A stretch of DNA of 62,277 nt, from the IMG/VR virus record IMGVR_UViG_3300020430_000009; one strand, 5' to 3'. The DNA is from a virus. The position numbers were made by a program, and so were the translations under genes. Each line of letters begins with the position of its first letter. The first letter of the stretch is position 1. The notes beneath the pieces were generated by a model, which was not told the DNA's origin, ran no database searches, and saw nothing but the letters and a program-made list of their open reading frames with translations. Below are positions 46,665 through 57,123 of this stretch, in pieces.

Positions 46665-49600
46665 ATGGCGACAAATCTTACTAATACAACCTTTGCTACT
46701 ACCTATAAAGATGATTTTGCGGACAGTGATAACTTTCACAGAATACTTTTTAATTCAGGTAGAGCACTTCAGGCAAGAGAACTAACTCAAAGCCAAACTA
46801 TCATTCAAAGAGAAATGCAGAGGTTTGGCGATAATATATTTAAAGAAGGAGCAGTTGTTCGACCGGGTGGTGCTAATATTAATCAAAAGTTTGAGTTCGT
46901 AAAACTCGACACTACGATAAATACTCTTCCACCAGATACTAGTACATTGTTAGGTACATCTTTTACGGGTCAAACTTCTGGAGTAGTTGCAAAAGTTCTT
47001 GAAGTAGTCGCAGCTTCAGGTAGCGATCCAGCAACACTATATGTCCAATACACTAATACAAGTTCAGCTCTCGCTGGATCTGCCACTATTAGAATGACTA
47101 ACGGTGAAGATATTAATAATGGTAGTGTATCACTTACAGTTCAAACCACCAATACTGCCACTAATCCAGCCACAGGTGTCGGCACGCAAGTAACTCTACT
47201 ATCTGGAATTTACTATGCCAGAGGTCATTTCGTATTTACTCAAGATCAATCTAAAATCATATCAAAATACACAGATACTCCAGACGCTAACGTTGGATTT
47301 AAAGTTGTAGAAGAAATTGTAACCGGTTCAGATAATACTGCTTTGTTTGATAATCAAGGTAGTGTTCCAAACTTAGCTGCCCCAGGAGCTGACAGATACA
47401 GAATTCAATTAACTATAGCTCTCGACACAGAAGTAGACTCAGATGAAAACTTTGTCACGGTTGCCGTAGTTAAAAAAGGTGTGATATATAATGCGATTAA
47501 CGCTAACGATGCATACAACGTACCAAATGAAGTTGTAGCAAAAAGAATCTTTGAAAATTCTGGAGACTATTTTGTAAAACCTTTTACTACTAGATTCGAA
47601 TTAGATTCAGACAATACTAAACTTCAGTTAGTCGTAAGTGCTGGTACTGCAGTAGTCGATGGATTTAGAGCTTCTAGAACGTTTCCAACTACGTTAAGAA
47701 TTAATAGATCAACTCAAACTACCACGATCAATAACGAAGTAGTTGCAGCTGATTATGGTAACTTCGTAATAGTCAATCCTAACGTAGATTCTGATACTCA
47801 AGGCGTTCCTAACATAAACGTATTTCAAAAGCTTACATTAAAAAATGATTCAGATTTTCAAGGAACAACCATAGGTACGGCCAGAGTTAAAGCCGTTGAC
47901 GAAGACGGTATCAACTTAAAATACAATTTATTCGACGTAAAGATGAACGCTGGTCAAGCTTTTAGAAATGTAAAAAGTATTGGAACAAGCATAACAGATT
48001 ACTTTAATCCTGTATTAGAAAATAATAAAGCCGTAATCAAAGAAACTTCTAATGGTACCAGTTTGTTTGCTCTACCTAGACCAAGACCGAAAGCTCTTAC
48101 AGACATATCTTTAACTGTACAAGAAAGATTTACCGCAACCACTGATGGTGTTGGCACAGCTTCTATTTCGTTATCTGGAACTGGAGAGACTTTTGCAAAT
48201 ACTAATGATTGGATCATTGGCACTGATAGTAATATCATATCTCCGAGTACATTATTTGATAATCCATCAGTTGGTGGTGTTGGTTCTCAAGCGTCAACAA
48301 TAACTGGACTACCAGCAAATCAACAAGTAGAAATTCTTGCTTATGTTAATAAGGCTAACGCAGCCGTTAAAACAAAAACTCTTAGTACTAGATCCATTAG
48401 TGTAGGTATTCAAACTGACGCGATCACAGGTAAACAATTCTTGCCGTTAAATAGAGCCGATATATTTTCAGTTAACGAAGTTCTTAAACATGGTGATAGT
48501 AATATTAGTTACATAGACAGATTTACTCTTGATAATGGTCAAAGAGATAATCACTATGACTTAGGGAGACTCGTACTTAAAGGTGGTCAATCCGCTCCAG
48601 CAGGTAGTGTGTTTATTAACTATCAACATTTCGATCACGGAGTGTCTGGAGACTTTTTTGCGGTTAATTCTTACACCGGTCAAGTTAATTATGATCAGAT
48701 TCCAAAGCACAGACTTTCTGATGGTAGAGTAGTTCCGTTAAGAGATGTTTTAGACTTTAGACCAGTCATGGATTCTGATGGAGAATTTGCAAGCGGAATT
48801 GCAAGAGCTATCAAGCAGCCTAGAACAAACACTTTAATTCAAGCTGACATAGAATACTTCTTATCTACAGCTGGTAAACTTGTAATTGATAGAAATGGTA
48901 TCATAAGATTTATAAGAGGTAATCCGGCGTTTTCACCCGTAACTCCGGACAAGCCAGATGGAACTCTAGGGTTGTATGATATTAAACTTAACGCCAATAC
49001 CGGAAACGATTCGGACGTGGCTGTAAGAAAGATAGAGCATAAAAGATTTACTATGAAAGATATTGGATTCTTGGAAAAAAGAATCGATAAATTAGAAGAA
49101 GTAACCACACTCAGCGCTCTTGAATTAGATACAAAACATTTTCAAGTTCTAGATTCTGCTGGAAATGATAGAACAAAAGGTGGATTCTTTATTGATAACT
49201 TTACAACGCACTCTCTTTCAGCTATCGATCCTATTGAATATAGAGCGGCACTAGATCCTCTTGAGCATTGTATAAGACCTACATTTACAGAAGAAAATAT
49301 TAGACTTATATATGACTCAGCTCAATCTACAGGCGTTAGAAAGATTGGTGATAACATTTACTTAGAGCATGAAGAAATAGAATACATAAATCAAGATTTA
49401 GCGAGTAAAGCTATTCAAATTAATCCTTTCTCAGTAGTAGTGTATGAAGGAACCACTACACTTTCTCCTGCTTCAGACGAATGGAGAGACGTTAATAGAC
49501 TAGCTGATAAGACCGTCCCAGGTGGAACTAGACTTTCGACTACTCAAGCTTACAACTGGAATAACTGGTCATGGAACTGGGGTGGTGTAGCTACAGAGAA

Positions 49601-50702
49601 TCTTAAAGTTGGTTCTTCAACAGGAGCTATAGGAGGTACAGTAAACAGAGTTGTCAGCGAAGAAACAGTACTTGAACTTGTAGAAGATAGAGTTACTCAA
49701 ACAGCGCTGTTACCGTTTATGAGATCGAGAAAAGTCTTCTTTAAAGTTCAAGGGATGAGACCAAATACTCGAGTGTTCCCTTTCTTTGATGGTACACTTA
49801 TATCTGATTTTGCAAGATCAGAAGCCTTTCAGTTTTACTCAGATGCTACAGAGGATTTTGGTAATACTTTAAAAGGAGCAACTACTCATCCTGATGGATC
49901 TTCAACTCTTACTACTAATGGTGATGGCGAAGTGACAGGTTCATTTATCGTGCCGAATAACGATGATATTAAATTTAGAGTAGGACAAGTAGAGTTTAAG
50001 ATAATGGACATTAGTGCCAACAACGAAGGAGACGCTGCAGCGATAGCAAAAGCTCCGTACTCTGCAAAAGGATTCTTAGATACTAAAGAAGCAACTTATC
50101 AATCTACTCGAGTACTCAACGTTCAAGGTGTAAGAGTAAGAGATAACGCTAGGTATCAAGTTGATGACGGTGGAGACAATAACCATGGCAAAGGTACTGT
50201 AATAAGCGATGCTAACTTAGTGGTTGGTACTACTAATACATGGTCAAGCGATCCTAACGCTAATACTTATGGAAACTGGGCTAATGAATTTGCGGGTCTA
50301 GGTACAGATCCATTGGATGCTTTTGGAGGTCCTGGGCCGGCTGTAGAAACTGATAACAACAGCCCGTCTGATGATGGTACGCATTGTTGTACAGCTGCTG
50401 AAAGGCGAGGAGATATGTCATTTACTGAAGTCAAAAAGTTAAGAGCTTGGCATAGAAAACAGTCTGTCATCTGGCAAGAAGGTTATGACATTTGGGGTAA
50501 GATAATAGCCGATAACTTAGTAGCAAAGTCACAATGGCAATCTGATAGAGTTAGAGATTTTTATGACAATAAGATCAATGGTAAGTACTCTATAGGAGCG
50601 CTTTACGCAGACATTGTTATTACTCCAATGTCGATGTTAATAGGAACGTATCAGGTGATGAAGAAAAAATTTGAATTAAAGGATATAAGAAAATGGCAGT
50701 AA
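46665..50702 (+). CDS. VrlC/DUF4815-like large virion protein
   Basis: YKDDF...ILFNSGRALQARELTQSQ, APGADRY and FTMKDIG.LEKRI motifs. Confidence 0.8.
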   Translation: MATNLTNTTFATTYKDDFADSDNFHRILFNSGRALQARELTQSQTIIQREMQRFGDNIFKEGAVVRPGGANINQKFEFVKLDTTINTLPPDTSTLLGTSFTGQTSGVVAKVLEVVAASGSDPATLYVQYTNTSSALAGSATIRMTNGEDINNGSVSLTVQTTNTATNPATGVGTQVTLLSGIYYARGHFVFTQDQSKIISKYTDTPDANVGFKVVEEIVTGSDNTALFDNQGSVPNLAAPGADRYRIQLTIALDTEVDSDENFVTVAVVKKGVIYNAINANDAYNVPNEVVAKRIFENSGDYFVKPFTTRFELDSDNTKLQLVVSAGTAVVDGFRASRTFPTTLRINRSTQTTTINNEVVAADYGNFVIVNPNVDSDTQGVPNINVFQKLTLKNDSDFQGTTIGTARVKAVDEDGINLKYNLFDVKMNAGQAFRNVKSIGTSITDYFNPVLENNKAVIKETSNGTSLFALPRPRPKALTDISLTVQERFTATTDGVGTASISLSGTGETFANTNDWIIGTDSNIISPSTLFDNPSVGGVGSQASTITGLPANQQVEILAYVNKANAAVKTKTLSTRSISVGIQTDAITGKQFLPLNRADIFSVNEVLKHGDSNISYIDRFTLDNGQRDNHYDLGRLVLKGGQSAPAGSVFINYQHFDHGVSGDFFAVNSYTGQVNYDQIPKHRLSDGRVVPLRDVLDFRPVMDSDGEFASGIARAIKQPRTNTLIQADIEYFLSTAGKLVIDRNGIIRFIRGNPAFSPVTPDKPDGTLGLYDIKLNANTGNDSDVAVRKIEHKRFTMKDIGFLEKRIDKLEEVTTLSALELDTKHFQVLDSAGNDRTKGGFFIDNFTTHSLSAIDPIEYRAALDPLEHCIRPTFTEENIRLIYDSAQSTGVRKIGDNIYLEHEEIEYINQDLASKAIQINPFSVVVYEGTTTLSPASDEWRDVNRLADKTVPGGTRLSTTQAYNWNNWSWNWGGVATENLKVGSSTGAIGGTVNRVVSEETVLELVEDRVTQTALLPFMRSRKVFFKVQGMRPNTRVFPFFDGTLISDFARSEAFQFYSDATEDFGNTLKGATTHPDGSSTLTTNGDGEVTGSFIVPNNDDIKFRVGQVEFKIMDISANNEGDAAAIAKAPYSAKGFLDTKEATYQSTRVLNVQGVRVRDNARYQVDDGGDNNHGKGTVISDANLVVGTTNTWSSDPNANTYGNWANEFAGLGTDPLDAFGGPGPAVETDNNSPSDDGTHCCTAAERRGDMSFTEVKKLRAWHRKQSVIWQEGYDIWGKIIADNLVAKSQWQSDRVRDFYDNKINGKYSIGALYADIVITPMSMLIGTYQVMKKKFELKDIRKWQ

Positions 50703-52273
50703 CCTCTTTAGGCTATCAAGTCAATAAGCAACCAATTGCGCAATCGTTTTACGTAGATGAACCACTTGGAGTCTACTGTACGAAAGTAGATTTATTCTTC
50801 GCTCAAAAAGATACGGCTCTTCCTGTACAAATTCAAATAAGACCAATGGTTAATGGCTTTCCTTCCGGAAGTGATATTATTCCTGGGTCGACAGTAGTTT
50901 TACCATCTGCGTCAGTTAACGTCGATACGGTTGGTCCAGAGCTTACACCTACTACTTTTACATTTCAAGAGCCAATATTCTTAAAAGGTACACAAGATTA
51001 TGCTTTAGTTGTAATCGCTGATTCTAAAGATTATCAAATTTATATAGCTGAGATTAACGAATTTACTTTTGGTTCTACCGAGAGAAGAGTAAATAAACAA
51101 CCAACATTAGGAAGTCTTTTCTACTCTCAAAATGGAGTTACATTTACTCCTGCACAAAATCAAGATCTTTCTTTTAAACTATATCAAGCTAGATTTACTA
51201 GAACTACTGGTAATGTCGTACTTCATAACGCCTCGGTGCCTAAGAAAAAACTAGTTAAAAATCCAGTTACCGTAACCTCAGGTAGTCAAGAAGTAAGAAT
51301 AAGACATATTGGTCATGGCCTTATAGTTGGAAATAAAGTAACTGTTACTGGCGTAGACTCAGCTGGTGTTGGTGGTATATCAAAAGCAAGTATTGAAGGC
51401 GCTAGAAGACCAATTACTAAAGTCGACTTTAGTGGTTACACGTTTAACGCAGATTCTGCTGCAGACTCAGATGCTATCGGAGGTGGTACAAATATTTTAA
51501 TTACAAAGAACATACCTTTTAGCATTTTATATCCACACGCTGCGATATTGCAACCTAGAGGAACTCACGTTGCAGCCGGTGTTAAAACATCTACCGGTAG
51601 ATCTTTTGCTGGATCAGAAACTGCTTTTCAAAAATTATCTGATTTTGAACCTATCAAACTTAATCAAAATAATCAGGCAGATAAAGTTTATGTCGTAGGT
51701 CATGATAGTGCTGAAGCCGAAGAGCTAGGCGCAGGTAATAAGTCTATGGACGTAAAAATTAACATAGCCACTGAAGATTCTAACGTTGCTCCTATGATCG
51801 ACATGCAAAGAATGTCTATGACATTGATTGATAATATTATCGATAAGCAAGATTCATCAGCAACTAGTGGATTTAACGTGCCAATTGCTTTTGTCAATGA
51901 AACTTCGGCCACTGGTGGTACTTCAGCGTCAAAACACTTAACTAAAATCGTTAATCTAGCAGAAGAAGCAGTTGGACTAAAAATAATAGCCAGTGCCAAT
52001 AAACCAAATGGAACAGACTTTCAGCTTTTCTTTAGAACAGCAACTTCTGATGAAATCATAACTGACAATGACTTTACTTTACTCGCGCCAGAAGCTAATA
52101 TACCTACGGACGATAACCCAGGAAGATATAGAGAACATAGATTCTTGGCCGGAGGACAAAACGGTGCGTTACCTGGGTTTAGTAAGTTTCAAGTCAAGAT
52201 CGTAATGAGAAGTACTAACGCGGCCAAAGTGCCAAGGATTAAAGATTTAAGAATTATAGCATTGAGCGTATAA
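50693..52273 (+). CDS. VrlC-like C-terminal part (virion protein)
   Basis: PIAQSF, QPTLGSLFYSQNG and PRIKDLRIIAL motifs. Confidence 0.75.
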   Translation: MAVTSLGYQVNKQPIAQSFYVDEPLGVYCTKVDLFFAQKDTALPVQIQIRPMVNGFPSGSDIIPGSTVVLPSASVNVDTVGPELTPTTFTFQEPIFLKGTQDYALVVIADSKDYQIYIAEINEFTFGSTERRVNKQPTLGSLFYSQNGVTFTPAQNQDLSFKLYQARFTRTTGNVVLHNASVPKKKLVKNPVTVTSGSQEVRIRHIGHGLIVGNKVTVTGVDSAGVGGISKASIEGARRPITKVDFSGYTFNADSAADSDAIGGGTNILITKNIPFSILYPHAAILQPRGTHVAAGVKTSTGRSFAGSETAFQKLSDFEPIKLNQNNQADKVYVVGHDSAEAEELGAGNKSMDVKINIATEDSNVAPMIDMQRMSMTLIDNIIDKQDSSATSGFNVPIAFVNETSATGGTSASKHLTKIVNLAEEAVGLKIIASANKPNGTDFQLFFRTATSDEIITDNDFTLLAPEANIPTDDNPGRYREHRFLAGGQNGALPGFSKFQVKIVMRSTNAAKVPRIKDLRIIALSV

Positions 52274-52275
52274 TT

Positions 52276-52500
52276 ATGGCTAAAATTAAGGTTGAGGACC
52301 ACCCTGGTTATGTTCGTGATACTCTTACAGGTGCTATTTTGAATACTAATTTAGAAGAAATTAGAGCGGCTAAAGCTAGAAAAGCTGCGAAAGAAAAAGA
52401 AAAAGAAGATATAAATAACTTAAAGAATGAAGTAAGTGATATAAAGCTTATGCTAAATACAATTATAGAGAAATTAGATGGCAGCAAGAACAACAGTTAA
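52276..52500 (+). CDS. conserved small T4-like protein
   Basis: VRDTLTGAILNTN plus coiled coil. Confidence 0.7.
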   Translation: MAKIKVEDHPGYVRDTLTGAILNTNLEEIRAAKARKAAKEKEKEDINNLKNEVSDIKLMLNTIIEKLDGSKNNS

Positions 52501-52987
52501 TCTTACCGATCCAGTATCAACCTGGGTTACTAAGACAAATACCATATCCACAGACGTAGGTGATAGAACGCAGTTCGACGCACAGATTGTAGCAGGTAAC
52601 GCCGATTCTAACTTAGTCGCGGCTATTAACTTTTCAATCAACAACGCTGGAACTGACTCAGCAGCTGTAATAATTCTTACGAGATCAAGCGTATCTGTTA
52701 CAGACAATGGTGGTGATGGATCATTATCATACAATTCAGGAACTGGAGTCATATCATATACAGGACCGTCTCCATCTGATGTTAGAGCACACTTTCAAAA
52801 AGACAGTGCTAATGGAATCGGATTTGATTCATCAACTGGTAGATTCTCTATAGCACCTAACACTGTTACTGGCTCAATGATAGCAACTAACACTATCACT
52901 AGTGCAAACTTTAATAGTGCAACCACACTGACTATTAAAGACGTAAATGGTACTACAGTAAAGACGATGTTTTCACCGGGTAGTTAA
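52478..52987 (+). CDS. short fibre-like virion protein
   Basis: WVTKTN, LVAAIN and LSYNSGTGVISY fibre motifs. Confidence 0.65.
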   Translation: MAARTTVNLTDPVSTWVTKTNTISTDVGDRTQFDAQIVAGNADSNLVAAINFSINNAGTDSAAVIILTRSSVSVTDNGGDGSLSYNSGTGVISYTGPSPSDVRAHFQKDSANGIGFDSSTGRFSIAPNTVTGSMIATNTITSANFNSATTLTIKDVNGTTVKTMFSPGS

Positions 52988-52989
52988 AA

Positions 52990-53967
52990 ATGGCAGGACC
53001 ACTTAAAATCACAGCAGATAATAATTTACAAGAAATGACTTCTGGAGAACAGGACTACATAGAACATGTTCTACTAGGAGACTTCGCTTCGGCAGATACT
53101 GGAGTTGGAACAGTTTCGGTTAACCCTGGAAGTACTACAGGACTTACTCTTATTGGAACTTTTACAGATACCAGAAGAACTGAATCTGTAGGAACACATC
53201 CGGCGGCTGGAACTACAACTACTGTTAACACTTATAATTTTTATCAAGATAGACAAACAGCTTCTGAAAGTATCTCAAATAGACCAGTTGAGTATGACGG
53301 ATCTTCTATATCAGAACAAACTGACGCAACTATAGATCCTCTTTGGATTGATAGTACACAGGATAATTTAGTAGGCGCTGGACTAGGATCTTATGTTTTA
53401 CAACCAAGTGCTCCTTCAGGCGGAACGTGGACAGAAAAAGGAACTCTTACAAATACCATAATAGGTGGATCCAGTAATACTACTAAATTGTGGAGAAAAA
53501 CAGCTGCAGCTAGTACACCTACAACAGTAAGACCTCTTAAGTTGGCGGCGTCAAATGTTATTCAAGAAATGACAGACACAGAAATAAAGCAATTTACTCC
53601 AAGACTAAGAAATAAAATTAAAGCTGGAATAGGTCAATATCAGTTGTCCGCTTCTGCTCCAGGGAGTGGCGGAACATGGGCTGCCGCTGGATCAGCTTTC
53701 GCTGATACTAGAAGGCAAGTAACGAATCAAAGTTATTCTGGTAGTTACACAGGTACATACAGCCAAAATTTTGCTGGAAGCTATACTGGTTACTACGCGA
53801 GATACCAAGCATACACTGGTTCTTACTTAGGTAACTTTGCCGGCACTTACACTGGCTATTATACCGGTTACTTTTCTGGAACTTACACGGGTTCTTACAC
53901 TGGAGCGACAGTGCAAAGTGCTACCGAAAACGTGGCTAGCTTAACACTTTGGGTAAGAACTGCTTAA
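52990..53967 (+). CDS. virion protein with (Y/F)-(T/S/A)-G-x repeats
   Basis: internal duplication (PLK...QEMT) plus YTG repeat tract. Confidence 0.65.
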   Translation: MAGPLKITADNNLQEMTSGEQDYIEHVLLGDFASADTGVGTVSVNPGSTTGLTLIGTFTDTRRTESVGTHPAAGTTTTVNTYNFYQDRQTASESISNRPVEYDGSSISEQTDATIDPLWIDSTQDNLVGAGLGSYVLQPSAPSGGTWTEKGTLTNTIIGGSSNTTKLWRKTAAASTPTTVRPLKLAASNVIQEMTDTEIKQFTPRLRNKIKAGIGQYQLSASAPGSGGTWAAAGSAFADTRRQVTNQSYSGSYTGTYSQNFAGSYTGYYARYQAYTGSYLGNFAGTYTGYYTGYFSGTYTGSYTGATVQSATENVASLTLWVRTA

Positions 53968-54001
53968 ATATATAATATTGTTACATTATTAGGAGATATG
54001 A

Positions 54002-54445
54002 ATGGACTACACTCAACTTCCTCGTACCATTAAACTTCCATATTTTACATCTGATAAAAAAGATCAGGTTGTATGCCAGTTTCACTATGAAGGTGGACCT
54101 GTCAGTACTGTTTCTGTTTCTGATACTGAAGAAGGGAATCCAGACTGGCATGAGATTATGGAAAAATTTACTATTGAAGAAATAGATAAGAACACTGAAG
54201 AGCTCTTAGCTATAGAAAGAGAAAAAGAAAGAAAAGAAAAAGAACGCATGGAAGATGAATTGGCTCAAATGAAGTCAGATACTATCTATGCGGCAAAACT
54301 AGAAGCTTTCGAAATACCAGAAATTAAAAATTCAAAGAACAGAAAACTAAAATCCTTAATACGAAAATCCAAAACTCTTGGTGAGATTCAAGCTTACACG
54401 GCTGTATTAGTTATGAAAGAGATGGAAAACGGTGATGGAAAGTAA
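54002..54445 (+). CDS. hypothetical protein (fibre-associated)
   Basis: KLEAFEIPEIKNSKNRKLKSLIRK motif; SD aggag. Confidence 0.6.
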   Translation: MDYTQLPRTIKLPYFTSDKKDQVVCQFHYEGGPVSTVSVSDTEEGNPDWHEIMEKFTIEEIDKNTEELLAIEREKERKEKERMEDELAQMKSDTIYAAKLEAFEIPEIKNSKNRKLKSLIRKSKTLGEIQAYTAVLVMKEMENGDGK

Positions 54446-55127
54446 TGGGTTTCTTTACGTAGCATCTCTTAATCCAATTTTTATATCAGCTGCTAGATAT
54501 TCGGCAATAAGTTTAAGAGATCATTGGCCAGAAGCTGACATCACTCTTTTTACTCACGAAGATTGGATAGAAGAAGACGATAAAGATATATTTAATAGAA
54601 TATGTACGGGCACGCCTAGGCACGTACGAGCGAAGTTGTGGGCTTTAGACAAGACTCCTTATGACTTAACTTGTTATATAGACTGCGATACACAAGTTCA
54701 TAACAAAGACATCAAACATATATTTGAACAGCACGATCCTGAAGCTAATATCAGCATGAGCCGCGCGCGAGCGTACGCGGCTTCGATTGACGCTAAATTT
54801 CCGGGTGGAGAATTAATCGATCATTGTGGATTATTTTTATATGATAATAAACCAAAGACTTTAAATTTTATGAAAGAATGGTGGAATCAATATCGATTAC
54901 AAACTACAGCTTCAGAATGGGCTAAGTTCGATAAAGAACTATATCCAGATTATTTGCAACCATGGGATATGTTTTCTTTTTGGTGGTTGCAAAATAATAC
55001 AGAACATAAAATAAAAAGATCATACTTTCCAGATCCTGACGCCAGATGGAATTTCATCTATACATATAATATAAAAGAACTGATGGGAAAATCTTGCGTA
55101 ATATCACATAGGCCAGTTCCAAGATGA
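54432..55127 (+). CDS. GT-A fold glycosyltransferase
   Basis: RAKLWAL..TPYDLTCYIDCD, HCGLFLY and RWNF motifs. Confidence 0.7.
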   Translation: MMESNGFLYVASLNPIFISAARYSAISLRDHWPEADITLFTHEDWIEEDDKDIFNRICTGTPRHVRAKLWALDKTPYDLTCYIDCDTQVHNKDIKHIFEQHDPEANISMSRARAYAASIDAKFPGGELIDHCGLFLYDNKPKTLNFMKEWWNQYRLQTTASEWAKFDKELYPDYLQPWDMFSFWWLQNNTEHKIKRSYFPDPDARWNFIYTYNIKELMGKSCVISHRPVPR

Positions 55128-55744
55128 AAAGCATAGAAATAAACAATGAAGAATTAAAACAAGCACTAGATGAAATCGGTGACTGGTTTAATACTTTCGA
55201 CTTAGAGAATAATATTAGAATTTTTGGAAAAGAAGACAAGAATGAATATTATACTGGAGAAGAATTTTTACAATTGCAAATAGATGACGAAGACCATGAT
55301 GGATTTGGAGCTACTATATCTTATGGAGTAGACCTTAACGCCAATAACATGATTTCAGCAGAAGTCAAATCTCATGTTACTCGGATCGACGAATTGTTAA
55401 AGCCAGTATTATCAGCACCACAATGCCCAGTGAAAATGTACTATCCAAAAAATGGTTTTATGCACTGGCATAACAATCATAACGCACCAGGGTATAATAT
55501 TCTCTTATCTTATACGAAAGAAGGAAAAGGTTATTTTAGATATAAAGATCCAGAAACAAAAAGAATAGTAACTATGCACGACTCTCCTGGGTGGACAGCA
55601 AAGGTGGGTTACTATGGTTCTAATGAAGAACCGGATAAAATTTACTGGCATTGCGCTCGAGCGTACGAGCCTAGACTTACTTTAGGTTATATTATTCCAC
55701 ACGAAGAGATGTGGGAAATGATGTGTGAAGATATTCAAGAATAA
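55124..55744 (+). CDS. 2OG-Fe(II) oxygenase / cupin-like protein
   Basis: YPKNGFMHWHNN...WHCA...RLTLG. Confidence 0.55.
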   Translation: MKSIEINNEELKQALDEIGDWFNTFDLENNIRIFGKEDKNEYYTGEEFLQLQIDDEDHDGFGATISYGVDLNANNMISAEVKSHVTRIDELLKPVLSAPQCPVKMYYPKNGFMHWHNNHNAPGYNILLSYTKEGKGYFRYKDPETKRIVTMHDSPGWTAKVGYYGSNEEPDKIYWHCARAYEPRLTLGYIIPHEEMWEMMCEDIQE

Positions 55745-56490
55745 TATTGTTTAAACTCTTCGTACATCCAGTCCTCTGAAGGACCGTTGAAAATACAAAT
55801 TAGCATTTCTGGATGATGATGTAAGACTACATTATCGAATGGTATGCCTTCAAAGTCATATCTTTTTACTTGGTTTTTAAATGCTTTACCTTTATGAAAA
55901 TCAGTCTCATCAACTCCATTGATTCTAGAGTATATTAATCTTTTAGGAAAAAAACTTAAAGGCATGTTTTCATGAAATAAAAATCTATCGATTCCTTTGT
56001 ACTTAGTCATGAAAAAATCTGGATTAGAATCAAAATGATTCCAAATATATCCTAAAGATTTATTCTTCCAAAGCAGTACACTTGAGTTAGCGTACATGTC
56101 CCACTTCTCTTTAAATTTAGGAGAGCTTCCATCGGTCACTCTATCTTTTTTCCAATAAGCCCTTATCATAGTAAGATTGTCTCTTAATTGTTCTTTAATA
56201 AAATTATCTAGATTGTTTTGTATAACTACGTCTAAATCAAAAAAGAGATTAATATCACCACTATCGATAAAATCTTCTTGGAACATACATAACTTGTTCC
56301 AGTAGCCTTCATAGTAATCTTCTGTAGTAATTGGAATTATTTTAACTTTTTTGTCTATATCAGAAGATTCATCTGTATAACAATAAAAATTAAACGGTAT
56401 AGATATATTAATAGAACACATATAAAATAGACGGTTAACCCAGTCTGCAGAATATTTGGTTCCCCACTTGACACATATTATATTAACCAT
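55735..56490 (-). CDS. GT-A fold glycosyltransferase
   Basis: IICVKWGTKY, WNKL, FFDLDVVI and NSSV motifs; ATG at 56490. Confidence 0.7.
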   Translation of the reverse strand: MVNIICVKWGTKYSADWVNRLFYMCSINISIPFNFYCYTDESSDIDKKVKIIPITTEDYYEGYWNKLCMFQEDFIDSGDINLFFDLDVVIQNNLDNFIKEQLRDNLTMIRAYWKKDRVTDGSSPKFKEKWDMYANSSVLLWKNKSLGYIWNHFDSNPDFFMTKYKGIDRFLFHENMPLSFFPKRLIYSRINGVDETDFHKGKAFKNQVKRYDFEGIPFDNVVLHHHPEMLICIFNGPSEDWMYEEFKQYYS

Positions 56491-56495
56491 GGAGT

Positions 56496-56503
56496 TATTT
56501 ATA
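56496..56503 (-). promoter_or_regulatory. T4-type late promoter TATAAATA
   Basis: exact consensus immediately upstream of the minus-strand glycosyltransferase. Confidence 0.65.
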
Positions 56504-57123
56504 TGAATTTTGGAATAGACCCCGCAACAGCAACTGTGATAAAAAGATATCCTCACAGAGCCACAGATTTAGTTAAATCTTTCAGTGAAAGACAAGTCGT
56601 GTGCAAGCAATGGCTTGTAGAAGAACTTACTAATATTATGAAACACGGGATTAAAAAAGACAGACCTCATAAAAGAATATACATTGCAGGAAGTTGGTAT
56701 GGAAACGTGCTAGTTCCTCTCATTTTAAATATGTTTCCAGATTGCGATATAAGAATTCACGATATAAATGAACAAGTAATAAACATAGCTAAGAATATTT
56801 ACTTTCCAGATTTAGTGGAAACCAAACAGCTAAAGCCTTCTGTTCTCGATAGTCAAAATTTTAACTATAATGATACTTTGATTAATACTTCTTGCGAACA
56901 TATGAAACCTCTAAAGTGTACCCCTGGAACTTTAATGATATTGCAAAGCAATAATTATACTCATGATAAAGATGGAACTCCTATAAATGATCATGTAAAT
57001 TGTGTTAAAGATGTAGATGAATTGATAACACAATATAAAATGCGAGAAGATAAAATATTTTACAAAGGTGAAAAAGACTTTGTAACTTATAAAAGATTTA
57101 TGGCTATAGGATTAAGAAAATGA
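56503..57123 (+). CDS. class I SAM-methyltransferase-like protein
   Basis: IAGSWYG, HDIN, INTSCEHM and LQSNN motifs. Confidence 0.6.
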   Translation: MNFGIDPATATVIKRYPHRATDLVKSFSERQVVCKQWLVEELTNIMKHGIKKDRPHKRIYIAGSWYGNVLVPLILNMFPDCDIRIHDINEQVINIAKNIYFPDLVETKQLKPSVLDSQNFNYNDTLINTSCEHMKPLKCTPGTLMILQSNNYTHDKDGTPINDHVNCVKDVDELITQYKMREDKIFYKGEKDFVTYKRFMAIGLRK

